Shown here piece by piece: positions 51,620-60,685 of a stretch of DNA of 64,000 bases. Position 1 is the first letter of the stretch. The number at the start of each line of letters is the position of its first letter. Made by a program: the position numbers and the translations under genes. The stretch lies in sequence record NZ_LR134463.1; one strand, given 5' to 3'. This DNA comes from a plasmid. The notes under the pieces were generated by a model, which saw only the letters and a list, made by a program, of their open reading frames with translations, ran no database searches and had not been told where the DNA came from.

Positions 51620-52052
51620 GCGCGTGATCCTGACCCTGGCGGCCCTCGCGGCCGTCTCCGCGGGTGCGTGGTTCGCCTTCCTCGGGTGGGATCAGGAGTA
51701 CTACGAGGTCGACGGTGTCGCGCAGGGCCCGTACCGGCCGTGGCAGGTGATCGCGTGCGGCGCCGTGATCGTCCTCGCCTGCACCGCGGCGTTCTGCTAT
51801 CTGCGGCGCGTCTGGCTGCTGGCGGTGATCCCCGTGGTCGCGGTCGTCGCCTTCGCGGTGCCGTGGGCGGCGTGGGCATCGCAGGACGACACCGGACTGT
51901 GGGTGGTGGGCCTGCTGTTGCTGCTGGTGGGCGGGACAATGGGGCTGACCGCCTGGCTGGCGGTGGGGTACGGCGTCGTCGAGGCGATCCGCGCGTTCCG
52001 GCGCCGGCGCACCGTGACCAGGGCCCGGTCGGGTCCAGGGCCAGGACGGTGA
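51618..52052 (+). CDS. small hypothetical membrane protein
   Basis: ~145 aa, 4 hydrophobic segments; start uncertain (ATG 51600 or 51618); divergent from HK. Confidence 0.4.
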   Translation: MRVILTLAALAAVSAGAWFAFLGWDQEYYEVDGVAQGPYRPWQVIACGAVIVLACTAAFCYLRRVWLLAVIPVVAVVAFAVPWAAWASQDDTGLWVVGLLLLLVGGTMGLTAWLAVGYGVVEAIRAFRRRRTVTRARSGPGPGR

Positions 52053-52429
52053 CGGTGCGACCCGGCCTGCGCGCGGCGCTCGTTCTCGCCGGACTCGCCG
52101 CGACCGTGACGGTGCTCGCGATCGGCCTGGTGGCCCTGCCCGACGGGGCCCTGTCGATCGCGTGCACGATCGCGATCCTCTCGGCGGCGGCCGGCGCGCA
52201 GGTCCTGCTCGGCCGGGCGTGGGGCGTCGCCGCCCTCCCCGTGGTGACCGCGGCCGCGATGCTCGTGCCGATGATGATCGACGCGGCGGGCGAGCCCGCG
52301 GCGCACATGTGGCCGGTGGCCGTGATCGGAGTGATCGTCTTCCTGATCCCGGCCCTGATCTGCTTCCTCGCGGCGGTCCACTGGCTTGCCGGGGTGGCGC
52401 GCCGGGAGCGCGCGCGACGGGCGGGGTGA
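52049..52429 (+). CDS. small hypothetical membrane protein
   Basis: 126 aa from GTG overlapping upstream stop (GTGA); 3-4 TM. Confidence 0.4.
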   Translation: MTVRPGLRAALVLAGLAATVTVLAIGLVALPDGALSIACTIAILSAAAGAQVLLGRAWGVAALPVVTAAAMLVPMMIDAAGEPAAHMWPVAVIGVIVFLIPALICFLAAVHWLAGVARRERARRAG

Positions 52430-52453
52430 GCCGCGTTCCGGTCGAGTGGGAAA

Positions 52454-53785
52454 ATGACCCCCATGTCTACGTCATCGATGTCCAGTGCCGCCGCCGACCT
52501 GACGGTGCACTCGATTATTGATGCCCGTGCGCGGCTCGCCGGGGTGGTGTCGGTGAGCCCGCTGCAGCACTGCGACCGGCTCTCGGCACTGACCGGGGCG
52601 AAGGTCTACCTCAAGCGCGAGGACCTGCAGGTGGTGCGCTCGTACAAGATCCGCGGCGCCTACAACCTGATGGCGCAGCTCACCGACGCGGAGAAGGCGG
52701 CCGGGGTCGTCGCCGCCTCGGCCGGCAACCACGCGCAGGGCGTCGCCTTCGCGTGCCGCGCCATGGAGGTGCACGGCCGGATCTACGTGCCGACCACCAC
52801 GCCGAAGCAGAAGCGGGACCGCATCCGCGCGCACGGCGGCCGGTACGTCGAGCTGATCGCGACCGGCGAGACCTACGACGCCGCGGCCGCCGCGGCCCAG
52901 GAGGACGTCGCGTCCACGGGCGCCACCTGGGTGCACGCCTTCGACGACTCCCGCACCACGTCGGGGCAGGGCACCATCGGCGTCGAGCTCGTCGAGCAGC
53001 TCGGCGGGGTCGTGCCGGACGTGACCGTCATGCCCGTCGGGGGTGCCGGCTGCTTCGCGGGTGTCACGCGGTACCTGCGCTCGCAGTCCCCGTCCGCCAC
53101 GATCGTCGGCGCCGAGCCCGCAGGCGCACCGTCGCTGGCGCGGGCGCTCGAGGCCGGCGGGCCCATCGATCTCCCGACCATCGACCCGTTCGTCGACGGC
53201 GCCGCCGTCAAGAGGATCGGCTCCATCGGCTACGACGTCGCCGTCGCCGAGGGCGCCGCGGTGTGGCCCGCGCACGAGGTCCGCGACGTGGCGGCCGGCG
53301 AGCTCGGCATCATCGGGGTCGACGAGGGCGCCATCTGCACCGCGATGTTGGACCTGTACCAGAACGAGGGCGTCATCGCGGAGCCGGCGGGCGCGCTGTC
53401 GGTGGCCGCGCTCGCGCAGCTGCGGTTCGAGCCCGGTGCCACTGTCGTGTGCCTGCTCTCGGGCGGCAACAACGACGTCTCGCGCTACAACGAGGTGATC
53501 GAGCGCTCGCTGGTGCACCAGGGCCTCAAGCACTACTTCCTCGTCGCCTTCCCGCAGGAGCCCGGCGCGCTGCGCCGCTTCCTCGACGAGGTGCTGGGAC
53601 CCGACGACGACGTCACCCTGTTCGAGTACGTCAAGCGCAACAACCGCGACACCGGCGAGGCGCTCGTCGGCATCGAGCTCGGTACCGCGGGCGACCTCGG
53701 GGCGCTGCTGGAGCGGATGGATTCGTCGCGCCTGCACTGTGAGCGTCTGGAGCCGGGCTCGCCGGCGTACCGCTACCTGACGTGA
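52454..53785 (+). CDS. ilvA: threonine ammonia-lyase (biosynthetic threonine dehydratase)
   Basis: PLP fold-II 'SYKIRGAYNLM', 'ASAGNHAQGVA'; C-terminal ACT-like regulatory domain; 443 aa. Confidence 0.85.
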   Translation: MTPMSTSSMSSAAADLTVHSIIDARARLAGVVSVSPLQHCDRLSALTGAKVYLKREDLQVVRSYKIRGAYNLMAQLTDAEKAAGVVAASAGNHAQGVAFACRAMEVHGRIYVPTTTPKQKRDRIRAHGGRYVELIATGETYDAAAAAAQEDVASTGATWVHAFDDSRTTSGQGTIGVELVEQLGGVVPDVTVMPVGGAGCFAGVTRYLRSQSPSATIVGAEPAGAPSLARALEAGGPIDLPTIDPFVDGAAVKRIGSIGYDVAVAEGAAVWPAHEVRDVAAGELGIIGVDEGAICTAMLDLYQNEGVIAEPAGALSVAALAQLRFEPGATVVCLLSGGNNDVSRYNEVIERSLVHQGLKHYFLVAFPQEPGALRRFLDEVLGPDDDVTLFEYVKRNNRDTGEALVGIELGTAGDLGALLERMDSSRLHCERLEPGSPAYRYLT

Positions 53786-53791
53786 TCGCTC

Positions 53792-53833
53792 GCGCCTGCT
53801 CGGTGGAGCAGAATGGCACCGAGGAGGCGCGGT
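53792..53833. other. Two-tier hairpin after ilvA stop whose 3' arm contains the GAGGAGG SD of the next ORF
   Basis: GCGCCT-g-CTCGGTG-(loop)-CACCGAG-g-AGGCGC; terminator and/or translational control element. Confidence 0.35.
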
Positions 53834-54166
53834 ATGGCGAAACTGGAGCATGCGTTCACCGGTGATTTCGACAGGGCGTTGGAGGTGCTCGACGCGCACA
53901 TCATCGGGGGCAGCGTCTCGGCCACCTTCGAGGACGGCAGCACCATCACGGCGGGTGGGGTTCGCGTCGCGGTGCGGGTGTACGAGCGGTACAGCTACAC
54001 CGGATCCAACCGGGTGAGCCTGAATCTCACGCTCGTCGGGGATGGCGAGAACCTGTACCTGTCCGGGATCACGTCCGGCGGGAGCCAGGCGATGTTCTTC
54101 AAGATCAACCGCGTCGGCGAGGACGCCTTCCTGGGCAAGCTCTGGGATGCGCTCGCCCAGCTCTGA
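53834..54166 (+). CDS. hypothetical protein (110 aa)
   Basis: Start set at ATG 53834 (MAKLEHAF) with GAGGAGG SD 7 nt upstream; ORF-track start 53813 lies inside the hairpin. Confidence 0.45.
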   Translation: MAKLEHAFTGDFDRALEVLDAHIIGGSVSATFEDGSTITAGGVRVAVRVYERYSYTGSNRVSLNLTLVGDGENLYLSGITSGGSQAMFFKINRVGEDAFLGKLWDALAQL

Positions 54167-54186
54167 GGAGCCGCCGGTCGGGATCG

Positions 54187-54690
54187 TCAGGCGACCGGAA
54201 CCGACGGCTGCTGCGCCCGGTGCGCGGCGACGCGCTGCTGCAGGAAGTAGTTCTGCGCGTAGAGGGTGATGCCGATGAAGAGCATCGTCGTGACGCCGGC
54301 GAAGCCGCGGCCGGTGTGGTCGCCCATCGCCATCGGCACCAGGACGTCGACGCCCACGTGCAGGCCGATCGCGACGACCCACAGGCCGATGGTGGCGGCG
54401 GTGCCCTGGCGCAGGTAGCGGCCGTCGGGGCCTGGGAAGACCTTCGTGGTCAGCGCCCGCGGGTAGGCGAGGGCGACGGCGATGACGAGGCCCAGGACCG
54501 CGGCGACGACGTGGCCCGCGCCGACTTCGCCTCCGCCCGAAACATATTGCACGGTCTGGTACAGGCCGACGGCGGCGAGGACGAGGGCGATGCGGGCGGT
54601 CTTGTCCTTGAGCGGACGGGCCTGCAACTGGCGGTAGAAGATCCAGCCGATGGCGAGGACGGCGATGACGGCGGTGGTCGCTGTGTTCAT
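54187..54690 (-). CDS. hypothetical membrane protein (4 TM, 167 aa)
   Basis: Start at internal ATG (MNTATTAVIAV...); the upstream 49 codons are Arg-rich and unlikely to be coding. Confidence 0.5.
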   Translation of the reverse strand: MNTATTAVIAVLAIGWIFYRQLQARPLKDKTARIALVLAAVGLYQTVQYVSGGGEVGAGHVVAAVLGLVIAVALAYPRALTTKVFPGPDGRYLRQGTAATIGLWVVAIGLHVGVDVLVPMAMGDHTGRGFAGVTTMLFIGITLYAQNYFLQQRVAAHRAQQPSVPVA

Positions 54691-54769
54691 GCCGGTGACT
54701 CTGCCGCGATCCGGGCCGCGGCGGATCGACCGACGGGTGGAGATCCGGGTGGAGACGTAGCCTCGACCC

Positions 54770-55201
54770 ATGCAGATCAGCGAGACCCTGACGCCCGCCG
54801 TCGTCGACTTCCTCTCCGCCGGAACGCGGACCGGCAACCTCGCCTACCTCGCCGGCGACGGGCGCCCGCTCACGACGCCGGTCTGGTTCGTCATCGACGA
54901 CGGTGCTCTCGTCTTCGCGACGGGGCGGGACACCCCGAAGGGACGCCTGCTGGCGAAGGACCCGCGGGTGGCGCTTTCCGTCGACCTGCAGGAGCCGCCC
55001 TACGCGTTCGCACAGGTGCAGGGCATCGCGGAACTCGTCGACGACCCCGACTACCTACTGAAGGTCTGTACCGCGTGCGGTGTCCGGTACATGGGTGCCG
55101 AGCGGGGCGAGGAGTTCGGTCGGCGCAACGCCGTCCCCGAGGAGATCGTCGTGCGGGTGCGCCCGACGCGCGTCCTGTTCAACGGCGACGTCACCGCCTG
55201 A
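54770..55201 (+). CDS. PPOX-class F420-dependent / pyridoxamine-5'-phosphate-oxidase-family protein
   Basis: 143 aa split-barrel pattern 'GNLAYLAGDGRPLTTPVWFVIDDGALVFATG...PRVALSVD'. Confidence 0.7.
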   Translation: MQISETLTPAVVDFLSAGTRTGNLAYLAGDGRPLTTPVWFVIDDGALVFATGRDTPKGRLLAKDPRVALSVDLQEPPYAFAQVQGIAELVDDPDYLLKVCTACGVRYMGAERGEEFGRRNAVPEEIVVRVRPTRVLFNGDVTA

Positions 55202-55300
55202 CGCCGGCCCCTCCGCGCGCGGAATCTGTCGGACCCTTCCGGTACATCTCTATCCCAGGGGAGTCCCGGCGAATGACGCCGGGCGGAGGAGGACGGCATC

Positions 55301-56026
55301 ATGCCCACCTGGGTCTCGGCGATCATCATCGTCGTATCGCTATTGCTGATCGCGTGGAATCTGTCGCGCGCGAAGGACGCTCGCTGGCGGAGGGACTACC
55401 GGTCCGTCCTCCGTGCGCTGCGCTGGTGGATGCTGCCGGGCGCGCTCCTCACCCTCGCCGTGGTGATCGGCGTGACCCAGGCGCTGTGGCAGATCCCCGC
55501 GTTGCGGACCGGGTGGTGGAACCTGGCGGGCGGGGTGGGCAACGTCTACCTGGGGCAGACGTCCAACGAGGGGATCGGGTGGCGGCTGACCGCTCTCGCG
55601 GTGCCGCTGCTGCTCGCGCTCATTCTGCCGATCGCGGCCTTCGCCGAGGAGTCGATCTTCCGCTCCGGGTTGGAGGACCAGTCCTGGGGCGTGCGCATCG
55701 GACGGCAGGTGGTGTTCGGTTTCCTCCACTGCCTCCTGGCCGGCGTTCCTCTCGCCGCGGGCTTCGCGATCAGCGTCGCGGGCGGCTACTACGCCGCGGT
55801 GTACCTGGCCGCATACCGCGCGGAGGCCAGGGCGAACCCCGACCGCGTGCTCGTCGGGCCGGGCCCCGGTGAGCGGTGGGAGGACTGGGTGCGGCAGGCG
55901 GACCAGGCGGTCGAGAGGGGTGCCGACGCGCAGCGCGGTGCGGTCGTGACCGCCGCGGCGGCGCATCTGACGTTCAACGCCATCATCCTGACGGTGGTCA
56001 TCGTCGCCGCCGCGATCGCGGTCTGA
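55301..56026 (+). CDS. CPBP-family intramembrane glutamic endopeptidase (CAAX protease/Abi-like)
   Basis: Motifs 'FAEESIFRSG' (EExxxR), 'FGFLHCL' (FxxxH), 'AAAHLTFNA' (HxxxN); [11 protein letters not shown]. Confidence 0.7.
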   Translation: MPTWVSAIIIVVSLLLIAWNLSRAKDARWRRDYRSVLRALRWWMLPGALLTLAVVIGVTQALWQIPALRTGWWNLAGGVGNVYLGQTSNEGIGWRLTALAVPLLLALILPIAAFAEESIFRSGLEDQSWGVRIGRQVVFGFLHCLLAGVPLAAGFAISVAGGYYAAVYLAAYRAEARANPDRVLVGPGPGERWEDWVRQADQAVERGADAQRGAVVTAAAAHLTFNAIILTVVIVAAAIAV

Positions 56027-57085
56027 TCAGCCGAGCTCGTCGACCGCGCCCTTGATCAGCTCGAGGCTGTGCTTGCGCTCCGCGAGGCCGGGGATCATGC
56101 CGGAGATCATCAGCTCCTGCGGCTGGGTGCGGGTGAGCAGCTCGTGCAGCTCGTCGCGGACCGTCTCCTGGGACCCGACGATCCATGCCGACGTGGTCGG
56201 GGCGATCGCGTGCTCCTGCTCGGGCGTGAGCGGCTGCGCAGCGGCCTGTTCGTAGGTCATCATCCGGCCCGGGTTACCGGTGCGCACCCGGTACATCGAC
56301 GCCTTCGCGGGGCCGGCGATGCGCTGCGCCTCCGCGTCGGTGTCCGCCGCCACGACGGTGACCGTCAGCATCGCGTTGGGGGAGTCGAGGTCCCCGGGGC
56401 GGAAGGTCTCCCGGTACTCGGCGAGCGCGGGCAGCGTGGCCTGCGGCGCGAAGTGGCGGGCGAAGGCGAACGGCAGGCCCAGCAGGCCCGCGAGCTTCGC
56501 GCTGAACGTCGACGAGCCGAGCAGCCACATCTGCGGGTTCGAGCCGACGCCCGGCGTCGCGGTGATCGCCACGTACGGGTGGTCGGCGGGGAAGTCGTCG
56601 TTCAGGAACGCCCGCAGGTGCGCCAGGGCCTGGGGGAAGTCGTCGACGGACTCGCTCACTTTGCCACCGCGGAGCGCGTGCGCGGTCAGCTGGTCGGTGC
56701 CCGGCGCGCGACCGATGCCGAGGTCGATGCGATCGGGGAACAGCGCGTCGAGAGTGCCGAACTGCTCGGCCACGACGAGCGGCTGGTGGTTCGGCAGCAT
56801 GACACCGCCCGAGCCCACGCGGATCGTCTCGGTGGCCGCCGCGATCTGACCGATGAGCACCGCGGGCGCGGAGCTCGCGATGCCCGGCATGGAGTGGTGC
56901 TCCGCGACCCAGACCCGCTCGTAGCCAAGGCGTTCGGCCTCCTGTGCGGTCGCGATGGTGTCGCGGAGGGCGTCGCCGAAGGACGCACCGTCGACGACGG
57001 GGGCGAGCTCGAGCAGGGACAGGCGGGGGCGGGGGAACGGTGCTTCGGTCACAGAAGAGACAACCGGGGGCGGCCCGGAAATCAT
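56027..57085 (-). CDS. LLM-class flavin-dependent oxidoreductase (group-1 luciferase-like); N-terminus may start downstream at GTG 57052
   Basis: 'LSLLELAPV...[12 protein letters not shown]...[25 protein letters not shown]'; annotated ATG lies in loop of a GC-rich hairpin. Confidence 0.7.
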   Translation of the reverse strand: MISGPPPVVSSVTEAPFPRPRLSLLELAPVVDGASFGDALRDTIATAQEAERLGYERVWVAEHHSMPGIASSAPAVLIGQIAAATETIRVGSGGVMLPNHQPLVVAEQFGTLDALFPDRIDLGIGRAPGTDQLTAHALRGGKVSESVDDFPQALAHLRAFLNDDFPADHPYVAITATPGVGSNPQMWLLGSSTFSAKLAGLLGLPFAFARHFAPQATLPALAEYRETFRPGDLDSPNAMLTVTVVAADTDAEAQRIAGPAKASMYRVRTGNPGRMMTYEQAAAQPLTPEQEHAIAPTTSAWIVGSQETVRDELHELLTRTQPQELMISGMIPGLAERKHSLELIKGAVDELG

Positions 57086-57100
57086 CCCGGACCGCCCCCG
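57065..57100. other. GC-rich hairpin (CGGGGGCGG...CCGCCCCCG) between two co-oriented LLM genes
   Basis: 9-bp G/C stem plus 2 bp, 7-nt loop; likely terminator of upstream F420-LLM gene or translational element. Confidence 0.35.
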
Positions 57101-57118
57101 ACGGCGTCGTGGCGACGG

Positions 57119-58159
57119 CTACACGAGCTCGCGCAGCGCCTCGATCTGCTTCACCCGGCCGGCCGCGTCCTCCGCGATCGGCACGACGTTGAGCACGGTG
57201 GCGCCGGCCTCCTCGAACGCGGCGATCCGCTCCTTCACGTAGCCCTTCGGGCCGATGAGGGAGACGCTGCGGGCCAGCTCGTCCGGCACGGCCTCGACCG
57301 CGGCGGCCTTGTCACCGGCGAGGTAGAGCTCCTGGATCCGGTCGGCCTCGGCGCCGTAGCCGTAGTTGGTGGCCAGGGTGTGGTAGAAGTTCTTGCCCTT
57401 GGCGCCCATGCCGCCGATGTACAGCGCGAGGTGCGGCTTGACGAAGCCGAGCAGGTGGTCGACGTTCTCGCCGATCGCGAGCGCGGGGCCCGCGTAGACG
57501 TCCAGCTCGCCGAGCGACGGGTCGCGCTTGGCCTTGCCCTCGGCGACGGCGTCGCCCCACACGTCCTTCGCCTTCTCCGGCAGGAAGAAGATGGGCTGCC
57601 AGCCCTCGGCGACCTCCGCCGCCAGCGCCACGTTCTTCTGGCCCAGCGCGGCCAGCAGCACCGGGATGCGCTCGCGCACCGGGTGGTTGATCAGCTTCAG
57701 CGGCTTGCCGAGCCCGGTGCCGCCGTCCTCCTGGGTGAGCGGCATCGTGTAGAACTTGCCGCGGTGCTCGAGCCGCTCGCGGCGCCACACCTTGCGGCAG
57801 ACCTCGATGATCTCGCGGGTCCGGCCGATCGGAGCGTCGTACTTCACGCCGTGGAAGCCCTCGATCACCTGCGGGCCCGAGGCGCCGAGGCCGAGGATGA
57901 ACCGGCCGTCGGAGACGTTGTCCAGGCCCGCGGCGGTCATCGCCGTCAGCGTGGGCGTGCGGGTGTAGATCTGCAGGATGCCGGACGCCAACTGCACGCG
58001 CTCCGTCTTCGCGGCGAGGTAGCCCAGCGCGCTCACCGCGTCGAACGAGTACGCCTCGGGGACGAAGACGATGTCCAGCCCCGCCCGCTCCAGGTCGAGG
58101 ACCTCGTCGGCCGTGGCCTTGAACCCGTCCGTGTAGTTGATGCCCAATCCGATTCGCAT
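57119..58159 (-). CDS. LLM-class F420-dependent oxidoreductase
   Basis: 346 aa 'MRIGLGINYTDGF...LDIVFVPEAYSFDAVSALGYLAAKTERVQLASGILQIYTRTP' typical F420-dependent LLM; ORF-track 854 aa is read-through. Confidence 0.75.
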   Translation of the reverse strand: MRIGLGINYTDGFKATADEVLDLERAGLDIVFVPEAYSFDAVSALGYLAAKTERVQLASGILQIYTRTPTLTAMTAAGLDNVSDGRFILGLGASGPQVIEGFHGVKYDAPIGRTREIIEVCRKVWRRERLEHRGKFYTMPLTQEDGGTGLGKPLKLINHPVRERIPVLLAALGQKNVALAAEVAEGWQPIFFLPEKAKDVWGDAVAEGKAKRDPSLGELDVYAGPALAIGENVDHLLGFVKPHLALYIGGMGAKGKNFYHTLATNYGYGAEADRIQELYLAGDKAAAVEAVPDELARSVSLIGPKGYVKERIAAFEEAGATVLNVVPIAEDAAGRVKQIEALRELV

Positions 58160-58215
58160 AGGCGTTAGGTTCTCACAAAGCAACCGCTTAGCGACAGGGT
58201 GCCCGAGGATTGTGG

Positions 58216-59955
58216 TCAGGTCCCGCGGCGGAGCACCACGAAGGAGTGCCCGGGCACCGTCGTCGCGCCGTCCGCGATCGACGGCTCCTCCCACGACAGC
58301 ACGGGGGACCCGTCGAACGGCGCGGCGACCGGCGACGGGGAGAAGTTCACGACCAGTGTCAGGTCGCCCCGGTGCACGGCGAACCAGGTGGCCTCGCCCG
58401 GGTGATCGCAGGCGACGGCCCGCAGGTCGTCTGCGGCGAGGGCGGGGTCGCGACGGAGCGCGATGAGGGCGCGATGGGTCTCCAGCAGCCGCGCGTGCTC
58501 CGGACTCGCCGGCTCCGACCAGTCCAGGTGCGAGACCGCGAAGGTCTCGGGATCCTGCGGGTCGGGCACGTCGCCCGGCGGCCAGCCGTGCTCGGCGAAC
58601 TCGGCCTTGCGACCCTCCGCGGTGGCGCGCGCCAGCTCCGGCTCGGGATGGCTGGTGAAGAAGCGGAAGGGCGTCCGCGCGCCCCACTCCTCGCCCATGA
58701 ACAGCATGGGCGTGAACGCGGAGAACAGGACCAGCGCGGCCTTCACCGCCAGTTGGCCGTCGGTCAGGTACGCCGCGGGCCGGTCGCCGCGGGCTCGGTT
58801 GCCCACCTGGTCGTGCGTGCACGTGTAGGCCAGGAGCTGTGACGGTGCCACCCGCGCGGGGTCGATCCGTTCCCCGTGGGTGCGGCCGCGGAACGAGCTG
58901 TACGTGCCGGCGTGGAAGAAGCCCTCGGTGAGGACCGTCGCGAGGCACTCGGGGCTGCCGAAGTCGGCGTAGTACCCCTGTCGCTCGCCCGAGACGATGG
59001 TGTGGATCGCGTGGTGCACGTCGTCGTTCCACTGGGCGGCGAGCCCGCAGCCGCCCAACTCGGTGGCGGTGACCAGGCGCGGGTCGTTGAGGTCCGATTC
59101 CGCGACGAGGGCCAGCGGACGGCCGAGGTCGGCGGAGAGGCTCGCGGCCAGCGCGGCGGCGTCCTGCAGGATATGGCGGTCGGAGTGGTCGACGAGGGCG
59201 TGCACTGCGTCGAGCCGCAGCCCGTCGACGCCGTAGCGGCGCAGCCACCAACCGATGTCGTCGAGCAGGAACCGACGGACCTCGGCGCTGCCCTCGCCGG
59301 ACAGGTTGATGGTGCGACCCCAGGAGTTCGCGCCGTCGGTCTCGTACGGGCCGAAGCGCCCGAGGTAGTTGCCCGACGGTCCGAGGTGGTTGTGCACCAC
59401 GTCGAGGAGCACTCCCAGTCCGAGGTCGTGCGCCGCCGCGACGAAGCGCTCCAAGCCCGACGGTCCGCCGTAGGGCTCGTGCACCGCGAACCAGCCGACA
59501 CCGTCGTAGCCCCAGCCGTGCTCCCCGTTGAAGGCGTTGACCGGCATCACCTGCACGAAGCCGACGCCCAGGTCCCGTAGGTGCGGCAGGCGCTCGATGG
59601 CCGCGTCGAACGTGCCCTCGGGGGTGAACGCGCCGATGTGCAGCTCGTAGACGACCGCACCACGCAGCGCGCGGCCCGCCCACCGCGGGCCGTCCACCTC
59701 CGGGATCAGCGCCGACGGGCCGTGGACCCCGTCGGGCTGGCGGGGCGAGCGCGGATCCGGGAGGACCGTCTCGTCGTCATCGAGGAGGAAGCCGTATCGC
59801 GCACCGGGCGAGGCCGGCGCGGTGACCCGCCACCAGTCGCCGGTGCCGCGGCGCATCGCGTGGACCGCACCCTCGAGCCAGAGCCGCACCCGCCGGGGCC
59901 GCGGAGCCCACACCTCGAAGGCGTGGTCGGCGGCGGCGACGGGCGGGGTGGACAT
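58216..59955 (-). CDS. treZ: malto-oligosyltrehalose trehalohydrolase
   Basis: GH13 with N-terminal E-set; 'GFVQVMPVNAF', 'GLRLDAVHAL', 'LVAESDLNDP'; 579 aa. Confidence 0.85.
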   Translation of the reverse strand: MSTPPVAAADHAFEVWAPRPRRVRLWLEGAVHAMRRGTGDWWRVTAPASPGARYGFLLDDDETVLPDPRSPRQPDGVHGPSALIPEVDGPRWAGRALRGAVVYELHIGAFTPEGTFDAAIERLPHLRDLGVGFVQVMPVNAFNGEHGWGYDGVGWFAVHEPYGGPSGLERFVAAAHDLGLGVLLDVVHNHLGPSGNYLGRFGPYETDGANSWGRTINLSGEGSAEVRRFLLDDIGWWLRRYGVDGLRLDAVHALVDHSDRHILQDAAALAASLSADLGRPLALVAESDLNDPRLVTATELGGCGLAAQWNDDVHHAIHTIVSGERQGYYADFGSPECLATVLTEGFFHAGTYSSFRGRTHGERIDPARVAPSQLLAYTCTHDQVGNRARGDRPAAYLTDGQLAVKAALVLFSAFTPMLFMGEEWGARTPFRFFTSHPEPELARATAEGRKAEFAEHGWPPGDVPDPQDPETFAVSHLDWSEPASPEHARLLETHRALIALRRDPALAADDLRAVACDHPGEATWFAVHRGDLTLVVNFSPSPVAAPFDGSPVLSWEEPSIADGATTVPGHSFVVLRRGT

Positions 59956-59973
59956 CGGTTCGCAACGATAGCG

Positions 59974-60651
59974 TCAGTGGAGGCTCTCCCACTCCGCGGT
60001 GCGGGCGCGGTGCAGCTCGATCGCCGCGAGCGCCGACTCCGCCGTCTCGTGCCGGCCGCCGGTGATGCACCCGATCGGGCGGTAGTCGTGCTGGTCGAGG
60101 GCGCGGAACCGCCACACGTCGTCCAACGAGTGGGTGCAGACGTGCGTGGTCAGCGTGACCACGGCCGGTTCCCCGAGGCACGCGCTGGCGTCCTCGGCGA
60201 AGACCTCCGCAAAGGTGCGCTCGCCGAGGCGGACGTACAGCGTGTCGCTCATCGGCACTTCGCTCAGCACGGTGCGATCCCCGGCGAGGATCAGCCGGTC
60301 GTGGATCTCAGCCGTGAGCGCCCAGGCCGAGGCCATCCCCGCGCAGCGGATCAGCAGGTGCGCGACCTCCTCCGCGTCGTCCAACAGCCCCAGGATGGAG
60401 TTGCGGCCCTCGCGCAGCGCCCGCACCTCGATGGCGCCGCCCGGCAGCGTCTGCGCGGTGAGGCGCGACGTTCCGGAGACCACGACCAGCCGCCCGGTGG
60501 GCAGCAGGTCGGCCGGGAGGCCGTGGTCGCGCAGCGATTCGGCGACCCGCGCGAGCGTGGAGGCGCGGATGCGGTTGCCGCTGACGCCGACGCGCGCGGT
60601 GGCGGACTGGGCGAGTGCCGTGGAGAGCGGCCGCGGGGTTTCGCTGTTCAT
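59974..60651 (-). CDS. hypothetical protein (225 aa) between treY and treZ on the same strand
   Basis: Complete ORF, 18 nt from treZ start and 34 nt after treY stop; no recognisable family signature. Confidence 0.5.
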   Translation of the reverse strand: MNSETPRPLSTALAQSATARVGVSGNRIRASTLARVAESLRDHGLPADLLPTGRLVVVSGTSRLTAQTLPGGAIEVRALREGRNSILGLLDDAEEVAHLLIRCAGMASAWALTAEIHDRLILAGDRTVLSEVPMSDTLYVRLGERTFAEVFAEDASACLGEPAVVTLTTHVCTHSLDDVWRFRALDQHDYRPIGCITGGRHETAESALAAIELHRARTAEWESLH

Positions 60652-60685
60652 GCCCCGAGTGTGCGCGGACCCACTGACAAGTTTT

